From Octopus vulgaris (taxonomy: Eukaryota), in assembly GCA_951406725.2 (NCBI GenBank), contig OX597815.1, positions 106,702,001 to 106,766,000 of the forward strand: a DNA stretch of 64,000 nt, read 5' to 3'. The translations under genes were made by a program, and so were the position numbers. This document shows, in pieces, positions 1 through 12,921 of this stretch. How positions within the stretch are numbered: position 1 is the stretch's first letter; each line of letters opens with the position of its first letter. The notes beneath the pieces are model-generated. The model searched no databases. It saw only the letters and a list, made by a program, of their open reading frames with translations, and was not told where the DNA came from.

Positions 1-406
1 AATATGTAAACATATGTAAGATATGTGTTGTATGTGTGATTGTACGTCTATTTCCATGTTTGCATTCGTGTTTACATATCTCTTTATATTCACGCAAGCG
101 TGGAATATTGTCTGGCACCCTCTTCGTTTCACTGTTGACTGCTTGTCCATGACTACCGATTTGTGAAAGTACCTATTCTATGTTTGCTTAAAATATTTGC
201 AGCAAGTGCGTAATGAGTGATGGCTCTCTTTATTACCTATCAAGTTGTCACGAACATAATTGCTACAACGACGTAATATAAACTGTTTATCTGTTATTAT
301 ACAAGAGCTGCTGAATGTTGGTTTAAGAAATGATTACAAATTAACGATTACTTTTAAAAACAATTGCTGGAGATACATGTTCGGTAACGGTACATATAAC
401 GCCGCC

Positions 407-439
<33 letters not shown>

Positions 440-1704
440 TCAGGATGTTATCATAAATCATTTCATCAACGCTCTGGTTTAAGTTTACTTTTTGTGATAT
501 TTTTGTTTCAAAATTAGATGACTCAACGAAATGTGAACACCACAAGGTTAACCACGAGACTGGGACCAATGTTGCTGCTAATGGCCGTGACTCTCACTCT
601 TGGGTTGTGCTGGGCATGTACTGGGGTACAAGCCTATGAGTGTATTTCACTATCTCTACTTAACGTTTTGCCTTATCTTCGAACTCAAAAACAAGACAGA
701 CTTTTTTTGCAGGCATTTCCGACATCGCTTTGAAATTCGCAGTTGTTTGCACAACAACTGGAGAGCTAAGAGAAGTCACAAAGGAACCACGCGACCATAT
801 CAGAGAAATTCAGTGCAGATAAATGAGATTATGAGCCTGTGAAAGACAGGATATTAATAATAGTATTAAAAAATCTAAGAATTATTCGAAGAACTTTAGG
901 TAAACCATAGCCAAGACGTGAGCATTTTTCTTGCCAGCCGCTCCGAAATTGCTTGCAAGTATTTTTGTAACAAGCAAGTACGTGGGCTACCAAACCACAA
1001 GAAGATGGCTGAAGTAGAGGTTTCGTTTGTAGATTTTATCTTGATTTTAAAAGATTTTAAAATTCTGTAGACCCTAACCCTAACTTCTTCGAAAAGTTTG
1101 GAGTTCACTACCATTAACCGGAATACAGGAAAAGATTTTTTGAAATTTTATAAATATATATTATTTTATTTAAAATTATTGCGGTCATCTCAGCGAGCGA
1201 GACTGACTACCCTGGACTGATGACGAGCAATTCACTTCAGGTGCTAGTCCCAGCTGGCGGGGGTGATTGCTTCCCCTTTGCATATATAAGGACACCGAAA
1301 AAGTGTCAAAGCCGACAGGAAACGTCGTTGTTTCCTAGGGCTAAATGGCGGTGGTGTAATTCCCTTACGTTGAGTTGACAGTATACAACCACTATATCGC
1401 TCCACCACCGCTCATGTCTCTCTGAGACATTTAGAAATTCAGTATTTCTAATATTGCTTACAAGTAATTTTAATATGGTTGTCCTAGCTAATCCAGAAGA
1501 GGTGGTCTTAGAAAATGAGGCAGCCCCCACTACACCGCTACCCAATATTTTTGAAAATAACAAAAAGACAAACAAGAAAAAAGAAATGAATATATCTGAG
1601 CAAATATACAAAGCAGACATCTATATTTAAAGAAAGGAAGAATACTTTCAATAACATTAAAATGAAAAGCCGTTTTGTTAGCATTATTAAACAAAAGGAT
1701 GCGC

Positions 1705-1880
1705 GCCGGTCAAAATACTTAGCGACGTTTCGTCCGTATCTACGTTTTGAGTTCAATTTCTGCCGAGGTTGACTTTGTCTTTCATCCTTTCGGGGGTCAA
1801 TAAAATAAGTACTGGGGTCGATGTAATCGACTTGGCCCCTTTGCCAAAAATACTGGCCTTGTGCCAAAATTTGATACCAG
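1705..1880 (+). mobile_element. tRNA-derived SINE, family C (5'-truncated) with ~20-bp target-site duplication
   Basis: B-box-like GAGTTCAATTTC and core GCCGAGGTTGACTTTGTCTTTCATCCTTTCGGGGGTC...AAGTAC are shared with many other copies in the window. Flanked by TATTAAACAAA(A/G)GGATGCGC at 1685-1704 and 1881-1900. Confidence 0.85.
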
Positions 1881-2879
1881 TATTAAACAAAGGGATGCGC
1901 TGAAGAAAAAACATGGAAGAAATATACTCTCTGGAATTAATTTACTGTTTATAGCTACTCCGTAGGCGTTGTCTAAGAAAGGTTGAACATAAACCGATCT
2001 AGGAGGGCATTAAAGACCATGGGCACCTTCTCTTTTCCAGACCCACCAAATAAAAGAAGCTTGTGCGTACGCACATACATACATACATACATACATACAT
2101 ACATACATACATACATTCGTACACACATACATGCGCACGTGCGTGTAAATATATGTTAGATTTTATAGATCCTTGGAAAATGAAATTTTAGAAGGAATTT
2201 CAATAGATATTTTAAGAGTTGATTTGTAAACTGTAAGGTGGTTCATATATGTAAAAAAGAGTCTATATGAATCACAACCGCACCATTCCCTCTCGCTCTT
2301 TTTCGCTCTAGTAATAAGAAATAGATGGTATTTGCTATAACTGAGTTTCTCCTTCTCACTCTCTTAACCTATCTATCTGTCCCTGTCTGTTTGCCCGTCT
2401 GCCTGTCTGCCTGTCTGTTTGTCCGTCTGCCTGTCTGTTTGTCTCTTTCTACTAAGATCTGCTTTTCGAGGAATTAAATCCCAAGTCAACGTTATTTGGA
2501 GCAAAAGTTACAAGATATTAGTGGAGTATAGTCCTTTAAAATGTATCTTGTATGCCTTATAGATAAATAATAGACATACTGATGTAGTAACGGCTGGTGA
2601 TATTAATGAAACATACACGTTCGTAAAATTAGTTCCGCATACACGCATCCGTTTGATAAACTGCTAATTATTACACAGATATCTAGCATCATTTCCATGG
2701 ATACTTCGGAAAGAGATAAATGGACAGTATAAATCTTATTGGATAAAATGTATATTTCTCGTATCGTTGTCTGGCAATTTATTGCAGTGAAATAAAACAG
2801 AGATTAGTGATATTTCTTAGTAGTGTAAAAAGAAGAAATTTAGTTGTGAAATAAAACAGAAAATGATCTGCACTTCGTT

Positions 2880-2982
2880 GCTTTGTACCCAAATCGAACC
2901 TATGATCAAAAGTGTTTTTCTAGCTGTGATACCCTGTTCTGTTTTAAGAACTGTGTCTACGACTACACTATCCACACTATTC
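2880..2982 (-). repeat. old dispersed repeat, family D (degenerate)
   Basis: Reverse strand GGATAGTGTAGTCGTAGACAC...CACAGCTAGAAA...TTTGATCATAGGT resembles the GATAATGTAGTC...GCTTGAATGCCATTGATCATA motif at 58960-59035. Confidence 0.5.
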
Positions 2983-3278
2983 CTAAAACAAAACAACACA
3001 AAACAAAACAAACGGTAGAGCTTAATTTAATGGAGCTTTGACTAAGAATTTTAGCTAGTCGAATAACTATTTTTATTTTGCAATTCGTGTATAATATCTG
3101 ATGTTGACTTTATAGAATTTGTTTTTGTTATTGTAATTTGATGACAGTGGTTCATCTTTATAGTTCGTCTATTTTATTAACGTATAATTTGTTCGTTGTT
3201 GTCCCGTTTGACTATCAGAGATATATTAAGCAATGTGGAATAGAATAAAATATTTTCAATTTACATTTTTAGTTAAAT

Positions 3279-3923
3279 TAAGGCTTCCCAACCTGGAACA
3301 TTCGTATTCCTGGGGTTGCGAGATTGCATTTGATTGCGACAAAGCAGAAAAGTATTCTATCAAAATCGCTTTTCAGATTCAAATTATTTAGTAACTTAAA
3401 AATAACTATATTTTATTAAGTACAAAAATAACTCTATTATTTTACACATGTAAGTTTAACCATTAAGAGATTATTACCAAGAAGTGCATTTGCAACGACA
3501 TACTTGTGTGTGTCTGGATTCCGTTCTTTTTTATCGATCAAGATAAAATTTAGAAATCACTTGAATCCACAAGGTAGACCCGTGGATTTTTTTTCTTTCC
3601 ACGTTTTGTTAAAGCCATGAATGAAAAGCAATAACAAAGGAATTATTGAATTTTATGTTCACAATTTCGATTGATTTTACTGTTTATAGTGTTTTTTTCT
3701 AACTACTCAATTTACATTTGTATTTGATACGCTGAGTCAAAGCTTGTTTTTCGAGTTTAGTTTGTTCATCTACAATGCTGTAAATGTTCAATTCAAATAC
3801 AAAATAAATTATCAGAAAATTTACTTTTCGTCTTCAGTTGTGAAATTAATTTTGTAGGGGAGCATAAATTACTCAAACATTTTATATTGGGGTGTGGCGT
3901 ATAGAAAAGGTTGGGAAATCATG
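3279..3923. mobile_element. degenerate hAT (Charlie-like) non-autonomous element
   Basis: Imperfect TIRs: GGCTTCCCAACCT (~3282) and AGGTTGGGAAATCATG (3908-3923). TSD not clearly preserved. Confidence 0.45.
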
Positions 3924-4159
3924 GGTTAGTTGAAAAAAGAATGACCTTTAGAAATAGTTTGAATGTTTACTCTCTTGATAATGTTTGCAGAAGTGAAGGT
4001 CAACAAGAGAAAGGGTTCGAACCCACTGTAAAATTATATATAAAAAAGACAAAGCTAGAAAATGTAATTGCTCTGTTGGAAGATTTGTTGTAACTATAAA
4101 ATTCTTTTATAAATAAGCTGAGTGAATGAGTTAGCCGACATGGTCATTGTTGTTGACGT

Positions 4160-4335
4160 CTGTTGTTGTTTAGCTGTCGGTCATGCCTACTATCAAAGGC
4201 TTTCTGGTTGCGAGAGTCCTCTCTTGTCAAACATAACTAATGTTCTTAGCTTTTATCCCCAAAGAGAAGAATGTGATATGAGGGAAATTTAAATGCTAGT
4301 TCCAACAGGTCGAGCAACCAAATAAAGGCCTCCTC
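4160..4335 (-). repeat. old dispersed repeat, family D
   Basis: TGTTGTTGTTTAGC...ATCAAAGGC...GATATGAGGGAAATTT...CAGGTCGAGCAACC; similar copies at ~42008 and ~58030. Confidence 0.55.
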
Positions 4336-4499
4336 ATTTTCTAAGTTGCTGTTTCAAAACAGGTAAGAAATAAGTAAGGACTATCACTTGCTAGAGATGT
4401 TGTGAAGAAGTCAGGGTAACTTCTTTACTCTTCAGTAACTTCGGCTGTTATAAAATTTATTGTCTGCCATGAAGTCAGAAAATGAGTCAACGAAAAACA

Positions 4500-4710
4500 C
4501 TGCCTCGGGATTGCTCAAACTGTTAGAAATATCAGCCAAATTGCTCTCAGATCACAGACCACTTTAAGAATGAATGTTATATCAACATAAAATGACAAGA
4601 TGATCATAACTAGAACATGTTTGTTTTGATCACACTTTAAATGTTTTTGTTCATACATAGACCTGCCCTTCTAGGGCTGACATACAGCTTAACAACATCA
4701 ACAACAAAGA
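4500..4710 (+). repeat. old dispersed repeat, family D
   Basis: TGTTAGAAATATCAGCCAAATTGCTCTCAGATCAC ... GGGCTGAC...AACAACATCAAC; opposite orientation to the 4160 copy. Confidence 0.55.
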
Positions 4711-5075
4711 TAAAACTATTATGATGTCATGAGAAACCAAGGTTGCCCGTGACATTACATTATTACTGGATGCTATTGATATGAAATAATGTAGGTTTAT
4801 CGCAGTCACTTATTTATATGGTTTCAAATATTGATATTACATTATTGGTTACTGCCAATGTTGTTATCGATGTTCTTGGTATTGCTGCTGTTGCTGCTGT
4901 TACATAGCTTTAACTGACTACAAATCATCAAACCTATTACAGGTTTTTGGAGCCTGACAATATGCCCTAAAGCTAAACTCTTTATGGACAGGAAACCTAA
5001 AATAATCCTATAAACCGGCCTTCCCCATTTTTAATATATACTGATTCTTCTTTCGGATTTATGTTTGCTAAAAAC

Positions 5076-5110
<35 letters not shown>

Positions 5111-8100
5111 GGATGCACACATATGCATGTACGTATGTACGTATGTTTGTCTATGTAATTATGCATCCAGGCTCTTTCACATGTTCCGTGAGACTCAGAG
5201 TCAACTTCTTAAAAATCTTAAGTCACAAAAGGATATTTTTGCTTTGTTTATGGAAGACTAGCAGTTGCCCACACTTACAAAACCACTTACTATGCCACAA
5301 TGAGTTCTATAGATATGATAAATAACTTTGCAATAACACCTACGGACTAGAATGCAAACAATATCATCACCACTGGCTTTGATCCAGTCTCTTGACGCAC
5401 ACCATTTAATGGAATTTGATAGCTTTTGATGATTAGTGTAATACATTTGAAATAAGGATAAGACTATACGGAATCGTAAAACTTTATCTTTTTGCAACTG
5501 TTTGGAAGGCAATCTTTATCGTCACCTGAATAGCTTGAAATAAGCAATGAGTATCAACTTATTTCATTTCCTGTACGATAAATCAGAATAAATACTTTAA
5601 TACTTTAAAGAAAATAGTATGATAATATTTCAATGGTTTTAGATAACATATAACATTTTATTGGTTAAAAATAGTTTTGCATCCTGTCATACAAACAAAT
5701 TAAATATGGCAAATACAAGAGCCAGACACAGTGTTATATCATTTCATTGGCTGAATGCGGTATTACATCATTCGGTGATTAGTTAATACCTTATATCACG
5801 AGTTTATCATCGTTTCACGCAGTATCAGATACGGCGTTATATCGTTCCAGTGATTGGAAATAACATGAGATAACACAGCATTATATGATTCGTCCAGTTG
5901 AGTAAGTTTGATGTTTAAAACAAAGAAAATAGATTGGATGTTGAGTTTATAGTTCAGTAAGGCTGAACAACTTCCAATTTTAAAATGAAGACTTTAAAAA
6001 AAAATTGTTTTGCTTGTTTTATTTTCTATTCTTTTACTGTGATGTCTATGCTCAAATGAGAATTCCAATAATTTAGTTTGCTCGTACAATTACTTTGATT
6101 TAAACAGGAGATGAACAAAACTAAGAAAATATAAAGATCAGGGAGAAAAAGATAAGATACGGAACAAAGGAAGAAAAGAGAAATTTTATTCTGACACTTG
6201 GATAAATTTGCTTTGAAATGATTTCCTTATCCATGGCTTTTGATTTTTATTATGACTTTTATACGGCATAGAAGTTAAAACATGTGTGTACATGCCTGTA
6301 TGTGTGTATAAGTGTGTGTGTTTATGTATGTGTGTGTATGTTACACACACACATATATATATATGTGGGAATTTGGATCAATATGTATGTGTTTATATAT
6401 ATGTATATATGTGTGAATATATATATGTGATAAATACGAATATATAGGAAACGTAAACACACACACACACTCACACTCACACTCTCTCACACACACATAC
6501 GAATATATATATATGCACTCTTATAAAATCGATCACATATACTCGTATGCTTATGAAAATCACTCACACATGCACCATACATACATCTCAATCATCATAC
6601 TAGCGTACTTATCAAAAGGCATACATAATTATCCGAACACATATACTATGTATGATTTCTGCTTGATTTCTTTTTATAGTACTTTCTACTCCATTAACCA
6701 AATAACATTGATCAACATTAAAAAAATGTTTGTGAATTGAAAGATAGATTCTGTTAAAATGTCAGCGTTGGGGTTACCAAAATTTACAGACAAGGAGCGT
6801 GATTTTAATGAGTATCGAAGTATTTAAAGGGGAAAGACAAAAGGATTGCCTTTTAAAGGAACCATTAGTTAATAAGATAAGCTTTTCCCTTAAAAACGTA
6901 GGATAACTTTAGAAGTGCAATACAAGATAGAACATATATTCAGAGAAATATTTCAAAGGCTTTGTGTGAATTTTGTGAAATGTTGTTTGTTATGTAAAAA
7001 TAACCTTATTTATGTGACGTTCTTATTTCATGAGGAGGTTATAGCAGTGGATTACAATATGGAATTTATCCATTCTAATCAATGAATCAACGCGGGGACC
7101 TCCACATGGTCGTGCAATCTACTTAAAATAGCGCCCAAGTCTTCAATTTACATCATACAACATTAAATATAAAATATACACTTGACAATGTAGCCGCCTC
7201 TGATAAAAAAAACGATAGAATGATTGCGATTGGAACTTTTTTGTGATTCATTTAACCTTAGAATAGAGAATAACGGAAATACCGATGATGAGGAGAGCAA
7301 TCAGCATTGGAATTATAGTTGAGGGATTAATATAATCCAGTTTTACAACAGGTTCTTGATTATATCTCCTGCCTCGGAAACTTTATTCCCAGAATAGATT
7401 GGTTAAGGGTTATATGCTTCCTATAAGAGAGAATTTCAATTTTGCATGGTAATCAAATGCCATACTCATCTCCATAAGACCGTTTTGTAGCACTTGTCTG
7501 TAATGAAGTGCACTGGCTCATCAAGAGTTAAGTATTGTTGCTGTAGGTTTCAAACCACAAATCTTTCAATGGGCCGACGAAGCCAGTTGGTGTTTATAAA
7601 TAATAGAATGATAAGATGTAGCCCTGATTCTGAGAAGACGAAATATTTCAGGTGTTCCTATAGTGAGATTTATTCACTTTCGAGAACAAAATCGACTAAC
7701 TGGTGGAATGCAAACGCAAAATTACCTTGTACAAAGAAGTTAGAAGCTGGAATGGAATGATAAGACGATCAAAATAAGCATCAAAGAAATTGCTGATATC
7801 CGACAGTTATTGTTATCTCGAATATAATTTTACCGTTTAATGTTTATCATCTAGTTGTAAACCACATCTATTAACCTTTACCCCTACTCTAAAATTTACT
7901 TTACTTACTCGACATATAAGAGCGTTTATTTATTACTACGTGAAAGCGTTTTGGAAGATATAATACATCGATAAATCTTGGCAATTAGTGACCTAAATTC
8001 CTTTCGATGGAACCACTTAAGTTCTTTAATATGCTTCTCAGAAAGTAATGAGCGTTCAAAAACTTTCTTTGTCTCTGTTTTACATTAAAAATAATTTACA

Positions 8101-9912
8101 ATTAAGATTAATATGTCTACAGATAATTAAGACATTGCATTGTAGTAACGATGGTTGAAGTTTATCCATGGTGATCAGGGATATATAGTTTAACACTTGC
8201 GCTGCTCTGTATGTGAGTTTCTTTATCAAAAGTACAAATCCAAGGGAAGTAAAATTTCCATGTAGATATCACAAAATTATAGAAGCAATTACTTCGATCG
8301 TTTAGTTGGGTATGATATTGAATAAATGTTATATCCTGTTCTTCTCTCCATATCATTCAAAATCGATCAACCACCCAGAAAAATAAATGATAATAAGGGT
8401 TAATGGATTTGAGAAATGAATGTTATTGATGAGAAGTTGATGGGTCAATGTTGTTGTAATTACTTGTCAAGTTTGACTTTTATATATTTAACTCATATTA
8501 ATATTCATATTAAAGTATGGTAAGGTCTGCAGACTATGGATAGGAAACCTCATAGCAAATCAACTTTATGGCCGCTCACATTTCTTGGTTGAAGATAATC
8601 CTGTTAAAGTGGATTTGATAAAAGTATGAACATCACAACACATTCTGCTGGCTGTAAAAATGGAAATGCAGGAAGATAACGGAATAGTATTGCAAAATGT
8701 TTATTTGCATGCGTTGAAAAAGAGTAGTCGTGTCAGTAAAAGAAAAATTCGAAACACGTTTGTATGACGTCAAATTCTGTTTTTGTATATTCTTCTGTCT
8801 CTATCTAATCTTTCTCTGCCTGTCTGTCTCTCAGGAATAGTGGAATAGAAGTAGATAGAAAATGAAAGACACACATGGAAAAACATAGAGAGCAGAAGTA
8901 TGCTGGTTATGATAGCAACGAACCATTCTCATGAGTAATTTGTTGTGAAACTCTGAATAAATTCTCAAATTGAAATCTACCTGCTCGAATAATATAAGAA
9001 AAATAGCATGATCACAACTGGAAAGCCTTTTCACTATATGTTTCCTCCTTCAGGATTTACTTGGGGTCTAAATAATAACTACTACTGCATAATCATCAAC
9101 AATGAAATCAATTAAAGAGTACAAAATCAAAATTCTGTATATGCAAAATTATCGACAAACCTGAAATGGAATGTCTGTTTCCACTTATGGCACCCCTTAA
9201 ATGCGACAATATATAACTCACAACAATAAACGGTGTCTATGTTTGTCTTCTGAATGTATTTAAAACGTTGTCACATTAACGACCTCTGAGATGCTTTTAT
9301 TTTACTTACCAACATCACCTTCGTTATAGTGGACAAATATTAGACAACAAACCAGCGGCGGACTTTCTTGATGATATCCTGACTTGATAGGCATAACAAC
9401 ATGTAAACTCCCTTCCATTGGCTATTACATCCGTGTATGTATGATCCAACGAGACCCTGTACATTTTTGCCACATCAGAGGAAAATAACATCAAATTTTC
9501 CTTCAAAGCACAAACCTACTGTCAGAGTCAACTAGAATGACACCACAAGGTTTGCTTTAATGTTAGAAATAGTAGTCAAATTATCCTCAGACCACGTATA
9601 ATATTCACCATTGTACAGGGGTTTGTATAAAATATATTTTGGTAAATGAAAAGTATTACGGTTTATTTTCGTCTCCGTACAAGAAGAGTGAAGATGAGAA
9701 GTGAAAGGGAGCTAAAGAGAGAGAGGGTGAGAGATAGGAGAGAGATAGAGCAGGGAGAGAGAAGGAAAGAGAGATAGAGAAGAGAAAGAGAGAGAGAGGA
9801 GAGAGACAGAGAGGACATGAGGACGAAAAAAAGGAAACGAGGTGTAAGAAGAGAGAGAAATTCAACAAAAGAAAAATTCAATATTACATTTTGTAATAAC
9901 TCAGACCTCAGT

Positions 9913-9983
<71 letters not shown>

Positions 9984-10012
9984 ACACATACAGATATGCA
10001 TGCATGTAAATG

Positions 10013-10053
<41 letters not shown>

Positions 10054-10079
10054 ATACGTACATAATACATACATACATA

Positions 10080-10567
10080 TGCATACAGTTGTGGAAATTA
10101 GCTGCCTAGCCGATGTTAACATAAAGGTGAAGATCAGTCAAAAAGAGAATACCTCCGCTGAACTATCGAACCATCTGCACTTACTTTATCCATATTATAA
10201 GTTCAGGTTTATACCTGTAATTGTTGGGGCCCTGGGATATGTAACACACTGCCCAAATACCAATCTTGAGAAATTAGGCTTCCCGAAACCAGAAAGGAGA
10301 AAGTTAATTCGAAGACTACATATCTAATCCATCACTGGAACTGTAAAACTTTGTAAAACTTTCCAGACTTTTATCATTTGAATATATATGAGCATGTCTA
10401 GATATGCAACTATATGCATGAGAATACATACGTAAAACGAAAATACATATCTGCACATATACATACCTACATGCGTACTTACATACCCTGTTGTTGATGT
10501 TGAAATTCTAATGAAACCGGCCCTTTGTCTATTGGCAAGAAATTTTGAAACAAAACTGAACAATGAC
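10080..10567 (+). mobile_element. 3' fragment of an R4/Dong-type non-LTR retrotransposon (RLE C-terminus plus 3'UTR) in a (TACA)n tract
   Basis: Translates TVVEISCLADVNIKVKISQKENT...YKFRFIPVIVGALGYV..., which carries the RLE-type E..K..Y and PVIVGALG motifs. A premature stop follows at ~10325. (TACA)n-like repeats lie on both sides. Confidence 0.75.
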
Positions 10568-10620
10568 ACACATACACATACATATATTTCTATACATGTA
10601 TGTAGGTGCGTATATATGTA

Positions 10621-10782
10621 TGCAGGAGTGGTTATGTGGTAAGTAGCTTGCTTACCAACCACATGGTTTCAAGTTCAGTCCCACTGCGTGGCACTTTGGG
10701 CAAGTGTCTTCTACTATAGCCTCGAGCTGACCAAAGACTTATGAGTGGATTTGGTAGACGGAAACTGAAAGACGCCCGTCGC

Positions 10783-10870
<88 letters not shown>

Positions 10871-10996
10871 GTGTGTGTGTGTGTCTGTGTGTGTATATGC
10901 TTGTGTGTCTGTGTTTGTCCCCTACCATCGCTTGACAACCGATGTTGGTGTGTTCGCGTACCTGTAACTTAGCGGTTCGGCAAAAAAGACCGATAG
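10621..10996 (+). mobile_element. tRNA-derived SINE, family A (internal microsatellite)
   Basis: Head TGGTTATGTGGTAAG...GTTCAGTCCCACTGCGTGGCAC, body GGATTTGGTAGACGGAAACTG, internal (TATC)n(TG)n, 3' part CGCTTGACAACCGATG...CGGTTCGGCAAAA. Confidence 0.85.
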
Positions 10997-11179
10997 AACA
11001 AATCAACTCGAAGACTTATTATTTGAAAGCCTAGTACTCACTCTATCGTTCTCTTTTGCCGAACAGCAAAGTTACGGGACGTAAACACACCAACATCGGT
11101 TGTCAAGCGATGGTGAGGACAAACACAGACACACTAACATATACATACCTACATACATACAAATATATATATATACATA

Positions 11180-11249
<70 letters not shown>

Positions 11250-12033
11250 AGAAACATGTTTCAAAAAGAAAATAGAAAGTACACGTGGAAAAGATATGAG
11301 GAAAGTAAGAAGAAAAAGAGGATGTTCTGTGGGTTGTATTGTACTATCTTCTCATAGTAAATATTGTATTCCAACAAGGAGAGTATCAAATTTTTATAGT
11401 ACTCGATGTCCGTCACTACTACCGCACTTCCTTTATCAGTTTCTTTAATAGTCAGGTTTATGTCATTTTAAACTCGGTCAGGTTTTTCTGCTGATTTGTG
11501 TTAAGGTATGATATATATACTTGTTTTTGTAGGGTATTGAAAGGAAAATTGGTATTGTGTTCACAAAAATCATCAAGTACTTTATTTCTCACTTTTGTAG
11601 GACAGTATTCGCTTTTGTTTTTTACTATTGAGTCATCTTCGCTGGTGTAGTTGTGAAGTGCTTCTGTGAGGGGCAATTTGCGACAAAAATCCATAGTGTT
11701 ATCCTTAATTTCATTCGAGTTTGATCTGCGAGGGGTTGGTGTAAACTTTAAACCTCTTGCTAGAATTTTAGTTTGTGTAGTACTTAGGATTTTCTTTGAT
11801 AAGTTGATTATTTTCGGTTGTCCTCGTACATTTTGTTTTATATATATATATATATATATATCTATATATATATACACGACAGGATTCTTTCAGCTTCCGT
11901 CTACCAATCCACTCACAAGGCTTTGGTCTACACGAGGCTATAGTAGAAGACACTTGCCCAAGGTGCCACGCAGTGGGACTAAACCAGGAACCATGTGGTT
12001 GGTAAGCAAGCTACGTACCACACAGCCACTTCT

Positions 12034-12037
<4 letters not shown>
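10997..12037 (-). mobile_element. SINE family A, tail-to-tail with the previous copy, with a PLE fragment inside its internal microsatellite
   Basis: 3' part at ~11000-11132 and head at 11876-12037 are reverse complements of family A, separated by microsatellite plus the 11248-11837 insert. Confidence 0.8.
11248..11837 (-). mobile_element. Penelope-like retroelement fragment (pre-RT N-terminal region), frameshifted
   Basis: IINLSKKILSTTQTKILARGLKFTPTP followed, in another frame, by TIKETDKGSAVVVTDIEYY. The NLS..GLKF.P and DKG motifs are typical of the PLE region just before the RT. Confidence 0.8.
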
Positions 12038-12088
<51 letters not shown>

Positions 12089-12754
12089 AAACAAACTTAG
12101 AAGCTGGCTTATGTCACTATCTGTAAATAGCTAGACTGTAACAAAATAGCTGCACAATGAAGTAAAAAAGCAAAAATGGAAGAATCAGTAAATTCGAAGT
12201 AGAAAAACAAAGAGTAATTTGGTGTTTCTCTTGAATTTCTGAACAACAGCCATAAAGTCTATCAACTTCGGTGAGTTACATTTTCTCTCAGTTGTCGGCA
12301 TTAGACATTAAATTATGCCGAAGGCATTGCCATCGATTTTAATGATTTCATCAGTACTTTTAGTGTCTCCTAACTCGTGAGAGTCACAAGACCGAGAAGT
12401 CAACATTTTGATTGTCTGGAGACGAAGTTGAACAAAAACAAAAAACAACGAAAAAACAAACAAAACATACACATAATGTAGATTTAGCTGAAAGGTAAAA
12501 TGGTAGTAAAAAAAGATGGACAGTGGTGCCGAATATTGGCAGTATTACAGCCTTGAAATCTTTGAAAAAGTTGGAAGGAAGAAATGGCATAAAATGAAAT
12601 ACGATCAGCGTATATAAAAAGTATGAAACCAGATAAGCAAAATAATAATGAAAGGCCATATTGTGTTGCATGTGTGAGTATGTGGTGTGCAAGTGCGTGT
12701 AGACAGATATACAGATATATATGTGTAGACAGATATACAGATGTATAAATATAT

Positions 12755-12802
<48 letters not shown>

Positions 12803-12876
12803 TTTATATATATATGTATGTATATACATATATATATATGCATATATATATATACTTATATATGTATATATATACG

Positions 12877-12921
<45 letters not shown>

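Noticed and set aside
1071-1084. CCCTAACCCTAAC as telomeric sequence
   Set aside because: Only two units; too short for an interstitial telomere.
2817-3011. Apparent minus-strand terminal exon with acceptor and downstream AATAAA
   Set aside because: The sequence matches the old dispersed family D repeat.
7726-7746. 21-nt minus-strand micro-exon (TTCCAG|...AAG|GTAATT), and similar donor-ended candidates at ~5291 and ~9310
   Set aside because: Splice-like signals are common by chance in AT-rich DNA, and no coherent multi-exon ORF could be assembled.
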